A stretch of 47,491 nt of DNA, from positions 1 through 47,491 of IMG/VR virus record IMGVR_UViG_3300037722_000333. One strand, written 5' to 3'. The DNA comes from a virus. Shown here in pieces: positions 43,941 through 47,491 of the stretch. A program made the translations under genes and the position numbers. The number at the start of each line of letters is the position of its first letter. Position 1 is the first letter of the stretch. Below the pieces are notes generated by a model, which was given only the letters and a program-made list of their open reading frames with translations, did not search any database and had not been told where the DNA came from.

Positions 43941-43966
43941 CAGTGTTGCAGCTTAGGAGATAAGTT

Positions 43967-44410
43967 ATGAATACGCATAAACAGTACCTGTTGGGAGGGG
44001 GCTATCTAATCAGGAAAAGTAAGGTTCTATTTATAGCGGTCTTACTGGGAGCATGTACTACAAATGCTGAACAGTTGCAAGAGATAAACGCTAATTTGAT
44101 GACAAATCAAGCTTTTGTCTTATCGGATATTGAAAGTGCGCGAAAAATTGCAATTGCTCATGATGATGTGCTTGCTGAGAAATGCTATGATGTATTGTAT
44201 GTGTATATTGAAACCGCAAAAGTAGAATTCTCTTCTGCGGCTGGCGCAATTACTGCATATCAGAAAGCTAGAACATTAAGACGGAAAGCGCAAGCTGGAC
44301 TGCCTGATGATGTTCGTATGTGGTGCGGAGCGTTGGTATCAGATAGTAGACGTTCATTGACAGGTATCGCCAGTGAGCTTGGGTTGAAACTGATAATTCC
44401 AGGATTGTAG
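43967..44410 (+). CDS. lipoprotein (147 aa)
   Basis: Basic n-region (IRKSK), hydrophobic VLFIAVLLGA, and lipobox L-G-A-C. RBS AGGAGA. Confidence 0.6.
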   Translation: MNTHKQYLLGGGYLIRKSKVLFIAVLLGACTTNAEQLQEINANLMTNQAFVLSDIESARKIAIAHDDVLAEKCYDVLYVYIETAKVEFSSAAGAITAYQKARTLRRKAQAGLPDDVRMWCGALVSDSRRSLTGIASELGLKLIIPGL

Positions 44411-44413
44411 AAA

Positions 44414-44905
44414 ATGCTAAGCGGACGATTTACGCTACTTGATAAGTTCGGAAACCCGCAATCTGTAGTGCAAAACACAGTCGTGGATGAAGGGCAAGAA
44501 GCGTTCGCTGGAATGCTTATGCGGGGGCTGACAACGCCAGTAGCTGCGGGGGCTGATTTCTTTCTCGGTCTCTGCGGCGCAAGTGTAGATCAAGCCGATA
44601 CACTCGCTGATGTATTAGGTGAGTTATCCTCCGCCGGCGGATACGCGCGAGAGGCTATTTCACGTGATGCAACTGGATTTCCAACTATCTCAAAAGTGAA
44701 TGGAGTTTATCGTGCGCTTAGCAAAGTCGTTACCTTTACTGCTTCTGGAGCTAATTTTAGCGCCACTTTTCGTCGTTGCTTTCTTTGTTCAGTTTCTTCT
44801 GGTACTAGCGGGGCTCTCTTTTCATACTCGGGGCCATTCCCGGCAATCCAAATCAACGATGGTGAAAGTCAACAAATAACCTGGGAGTTGTTTTTCAATT
44901 GGTAA
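44414..44905 (+). CDS. hypothetical tail-module protein (163 aa)
   Basis: ORF in the operon. No recognisable motif. Confidence 0.55.
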   Translation: MLSGRFTLLDKFGNPQSVVQNTVVDEGQEAFAGMLMRGLTTPVAAGADFFLGLCGASVDQADTLADVLGELSSAGGYAREAISRDATGFPTISKVNGVYRALSKVVTFTASGANFSATFRRCFLCSVSSGTSGALFSYSGPFPAIQINDGESQQITWELFFNW

Positions 44906-46629
44906 GTTCTCTTAATCGAAGCACTACGCAGTTTAAAGGGCTGGTGCCTGCGTTAGATGCACGGCAAGTTGAGGAAGTGAATGTTCTCAATGGGCGGAAT
45001 TTTCTTATCGACGCTGAGGGGCCTTATTCAGCATTTGGCACTGACCTCATTACCTATCAGAAGATCGCTGAGCCAGAGGGGAATGCCACTTTCAGAGTAG
45101 ATGGGGAAATCTTCCATTTCACTGCTGGCGCAGTTCTAGCATATGATAGTGTGGCTGGCTATTACTATCCACTGATAACGTTTACCGATGATGGGTCAAT
45201 TGCGCCTTGGTTTCATACGATAGTTGGGGGCATCCATTACTTTGCAAAGAAAGGTGTTGGCTTACTTCGATATGCGCCGAATTCCAATTCGTGGAGTTTA
45301 GAGTCTGGTGGAGATTATCCGGCGGGCATTGTTTCAGTAGCTGAGTCTGAAGATCGCCTAATCATTCTTGGAACTGAATATGTAGCTTGGTCTGCGGTTT
45401 CTGATGGTACCAACGTAACCACCGATATAGATACCGGGGCTGGGCGACAAGCTCTCACTTTAATTAGTGGTGGGAACCCTTATGCGGTGTTATCGGTAAC
45501 TGACGGTTTCATAACAATCACTGATCGTGGCAGTATGAAATCGCAGTTAGTTAACACGCAGACGATTTTCCGTCATGAAAGTATGGATATTGAGTCACAT
45601 GTACCAATTAATCCATTCGCTATTTGCTCTATCGGGGGAGATAGCTTAATCTGGTTAACCAAGGTGGGGTTCGTAACTACTACGGGTAAACACCCCGTAG
45701 TATGGCAGCCGCTTATGAGTGAGTATTTTACACGCAAACTTATGCCGACGCTGGATTTAACTAAGCCATCGGTAATTACGATGCATTATAACCATGATAG
45801 ACAACTGGTTTTTGTTTCGATTGGGACAAATGCCAATCCGAGATTATACACATATGCGTTCGCTCTTTACTTGCCGAGAGACGAATGGGGCATTTTCAGT
45901 CATACGCATACCGCATTTGGCGAAATCAATATTGCTGAGGGTAGTGATGCGGGATTTAATTTTGGGTATCTTTCTGAGGACGGTAGCGTAAACGCATTCA
46001 ATGATGTAAATCGTGTGCAAGCGGTGCCAGATTTATCAGAATTCGACGGTATCCGTCATACAACGCATGAAATACTTGGAAGATTTGACGGAGATATCCT
46101 GCGGACGAGTACGAATTTAAATTTATCCAGTTGGGATCGAAATGCTTATCCGAATATTTATAACATCTACCCGAATTTTACACCAACGCAAGGGTCTATC
46201 GACGCGTATGTAGATGTGGGACTTTTCCGGTTGGTTAACAACCAAGACAACGCAATCGCCAGCCAGATATATGATCTCACTATCGGAATGAATGACGATA
46301 TCGATGTGGAAAATGAGGATTGGTTGCTACTCTCGGGTGATGAAGATTGGTTAACTGAGACTGGTGACGAAGACTGGGGATTGGATTTTCTTACCGACGT
46401 AGATTATGATGTGTCGGTTATCCCAACTCTGGATGGCAAGAAAGCTTGGCAAAATCAGCTGTTTACCGGAATGATAATCCGAGAAGATGGCGCGGTTCGT
46501 TTCTATGATATCGGCGGAAGTATCGGTATCTATCAAATCGTTAGAATTGAAGCATTGGAAACATCGCAATCATTTCACTTGAAGTTACTGGATGTGACAG
46601 CTATACTAGCTGGTGAAATGATACCTTAG
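44899..46629 (+). CDS. large tail protein (576 aa), possible nozzle/tail tubular B-like
   Basis: Size and position. TTG start in the track (the alternative is a GTG 42 nt downstream). Acidic (N/D)EDW repeats near the C-terminus. Confidence 0.4.
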   Translation: MVSSLNRSTTQFKGLVPALDARQVEEVNVLNGRNFLIDAEGPYSAFGTDLITYQKIAEPEGNATFRVDGEIFHFTAGAVLAYDSVAGYYYPLITFTDDGSIAPWFHTIVGGIHYFAKKGVGLLRYAPNSNSWSLESGGDYPAGIVSVAESEDRLIILGTEYVAWSAVSDGTNVTTDIDTGAGRQALTLISGGNPYAVLSVTDGFITITDRGSMKSQLVNTQTIFRHESMDIESHVPINPFAICSIGGDSLIWLTKVGFVTTTGKHPVVWQPLMSEYFTRKLMPTLDLTKPSVITMHYNHDRQLVFVSIGTNANPRLYTYAFALYLPRDEWGIFSHTHTAFGEINIAEGSDAGFNFGYLSEDGSVNAFNDVNRVQAVPDLSEFDGIRHTTHEILGRFDGDILRTSTNLNLSSWDRNAYPNIYNIYPNFTPTQGSIDAYVDVGLFRLVNNQDNAIASQIYDLTIGMNDDIDVENEDWLLLSGDEDWLTETGDEDWGLDFLTDVDYDVSVIPTLDGKKAWQNQLFTGMIIREDGAVRFYDIGGSIGIYQIVRIEALETSQSFHLKLLDVTAILAGEMIP

Positions 46630-46646
46630 TTTGTGGAAATCTGTAA

Positions 46647-47491
46647 ATGGTAAAACGCGTACAACGTAATCGCCACAGTACAACGGCATTGGCAGATGCT
46701 TATGTCGGTTTGGAAGGCGAGATTACTGTCGATTTGGAAGCTGATGAATTGCGATTGCATGACGGTGCAACTGCTGGCGGTGTGAAAGTTGCGCGTGCTG
46801 ATTTAGTCAATGCGTTGGCTGCGACAGTTAGTACGCCCGGAACTATGTCAGCTGCTGATAAGAGTAAGCTGGATGGAATTGAGACTGGAGCTACGGATGA
46901 TTTAACTGGAGCTGAGATAAAGGTTCTCTACGAGGCGGAGAGCGATACTAATGCCTATGACGATGCGGCTGTCGCGAAATTAGCTGGGATTGAAGCGTCG
47001 GCAGATGTGACTGATGCCACGAATGTAAATGCTGCTGGCGCTGTGATGGAAAGTGATTACGATGCGCAGAGCATTCTGATTGCGGTTGCAGATAATACAC
47101 CGACGGTTTTGACGGTTGCCGCTAGTAGGCTGTTGGGGCGGAAAGCAAGTGGCGATCTCGGTGTAATGACAGTTGCCGAAGCTAAGACGCTGTTAGCAAT
47201 CGCAGCTGGTGATGTATCGGGATTGGGGTCGTTCGCGCTATTGAGTAATGTGCCGGATAATGAAATTACATTAGCGAGATTAGCACATCTTACGCAGGGG
47301 TCGATCCTCTATTATGCAGCAACTGGCACGCCAACGGAGTTAGCTGCCGGGACTGCTGGACAATTTCTGAAGACGCAAGGCGCAGCTGCTGATCCGATTT
47401 GGGATACTGTTATTGCGGGATTGGTGCCGATTGAGAGGAAAGCTAGTTTAACGGATGCTGCGTCGCTTGATTTTATTACTGGAATTGATGG
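46647..47491 (+). CDS. tail fibre protein 2, N-terminal part (continues at 1..590 after circularisation)
   Basis: ATG 46647, with no stop to the window end (hence absent from the track). The N-terminus MVKRVQRNRHSTTALADAYVGLEGEITVDLEADELRLHDGATAGG resembles the conserved tail-fibre N-terminal motif (Mtd_N / hyaluronidase-type). KLDGIETGAT repeats are present. Confidence 0.75.
   Translation, partial: MVKRVQRNRHSTTALADAYVGLEGEITVDLEADELRLHDGATAGGVKVARADLVNALAATVSTPGTMSAADKSKLDGIETGATDDLTGAEIKVLYEAESDTNAYDDAAVAKLAGIEASADVTDATNVNAAGAVMESDYDAQSILIAVADNTPTVLTVAASRLLGRKASGDLGVMTVAEAKTLLAIAAGDVSGLGSFALLSNVPDNEITLARLAHLTQGSILYYAATGTPTELAAGTAGQFLKTQGAAADPIWDTVIAGLVPIERKASLTDAASLDFITGID
47365..47491. 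repeat. terminal direct repeat, copy 2 (identical to 1-127)
   Basis: As above. 127 nt equals a common assembler k-mer overlap. Confidence 0.95.

Noticed and set aside
44880-44910. Programmed frameshift joining 44414-44905 and 44899-46629
   Set aside because: The overlap contains G-TTT-TTC, which is not a canonical X-XXY-YYZ slippery heptamer, and I saw no downstream structure. An ordinary reinitiation at TTG or GTG is sufficient.
40481-47491. Diversity-generating retroelement suggested by the Mtd-like tail-fibre N-terminus and the repeated module in two fibre genes
   Set aside because: No reverse transcriptase ORF exists anywhere in the genome. The two nucleotide copies (41452-41716 versus 46941-47203) differ at all base types and codon positions, not only at adenine positions as a TR/VR pair would.

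Overview
The window is an essentially complete, circularly closed dsDNA phage genome with a unique length of 47,364 bp. Bases 1-127 are identical to 47365-47491, and the cut falls inside a tail-fibre gene. Gene content and order resemble a lytic podovirus that lacks its own RNA polymerase. There are three transcription blocks. (i) A rightward late/structural operon runs 32375 -> end -> wrap -> 10740. It carries terS, terL, portal, scaffold, major capsid, adaptor/tail genes, two paralogous tail fibres, and internal-virion/ejection proteins ending in 814-aa and 1894-aa giants. (ii) A leftward block runs 28700 -> 10835. It carries early accessory genes plus the replication/recombination module: RecD-like helicase, NYN nuclease, Cas4-like nuclease, Sak4-like ATPase, DUF669-like protein, family-A DNA polymerase, dNMP kinase, P-loop NTPase and DEDDh exonuclease. 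(iii) A short rightward early region (29182-32100) consists of promoter/terminator-delimited units of small orphan genes. Sigma70-type promoters (one a perfect TTGACA-N17-TATAAT) and AGGAG-type RBSs indicate a host with ordinary bacterial expression signals. I saw no tRNA, rRNA, CRISPR array, integrase, reverse transcriptase, phage RNAP or recognisable endolysin/holin. The items most worth follow-up are:
- an R-S-ExE ADP-ribosyltransferase signature inside the 1894-aa ejection protein;
- a helicase / NYN nuclease / Zn-ribbon-HTH trio followed by an AT-rich island of coupled orphan ORFs;
- a sialyltransferase/DUF115-like enzyme next to the dNMP kinase;
- a GC-rich foreign cassette (LamG-like protein) and a lipoprotein inside the tail module;
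- a 12-bp motif, tandem x3 in the divergent control region, that recurs in the same sense on the RBS of the late operon.
All homology statements are motif recognition by eye and from memory. No database search was run.
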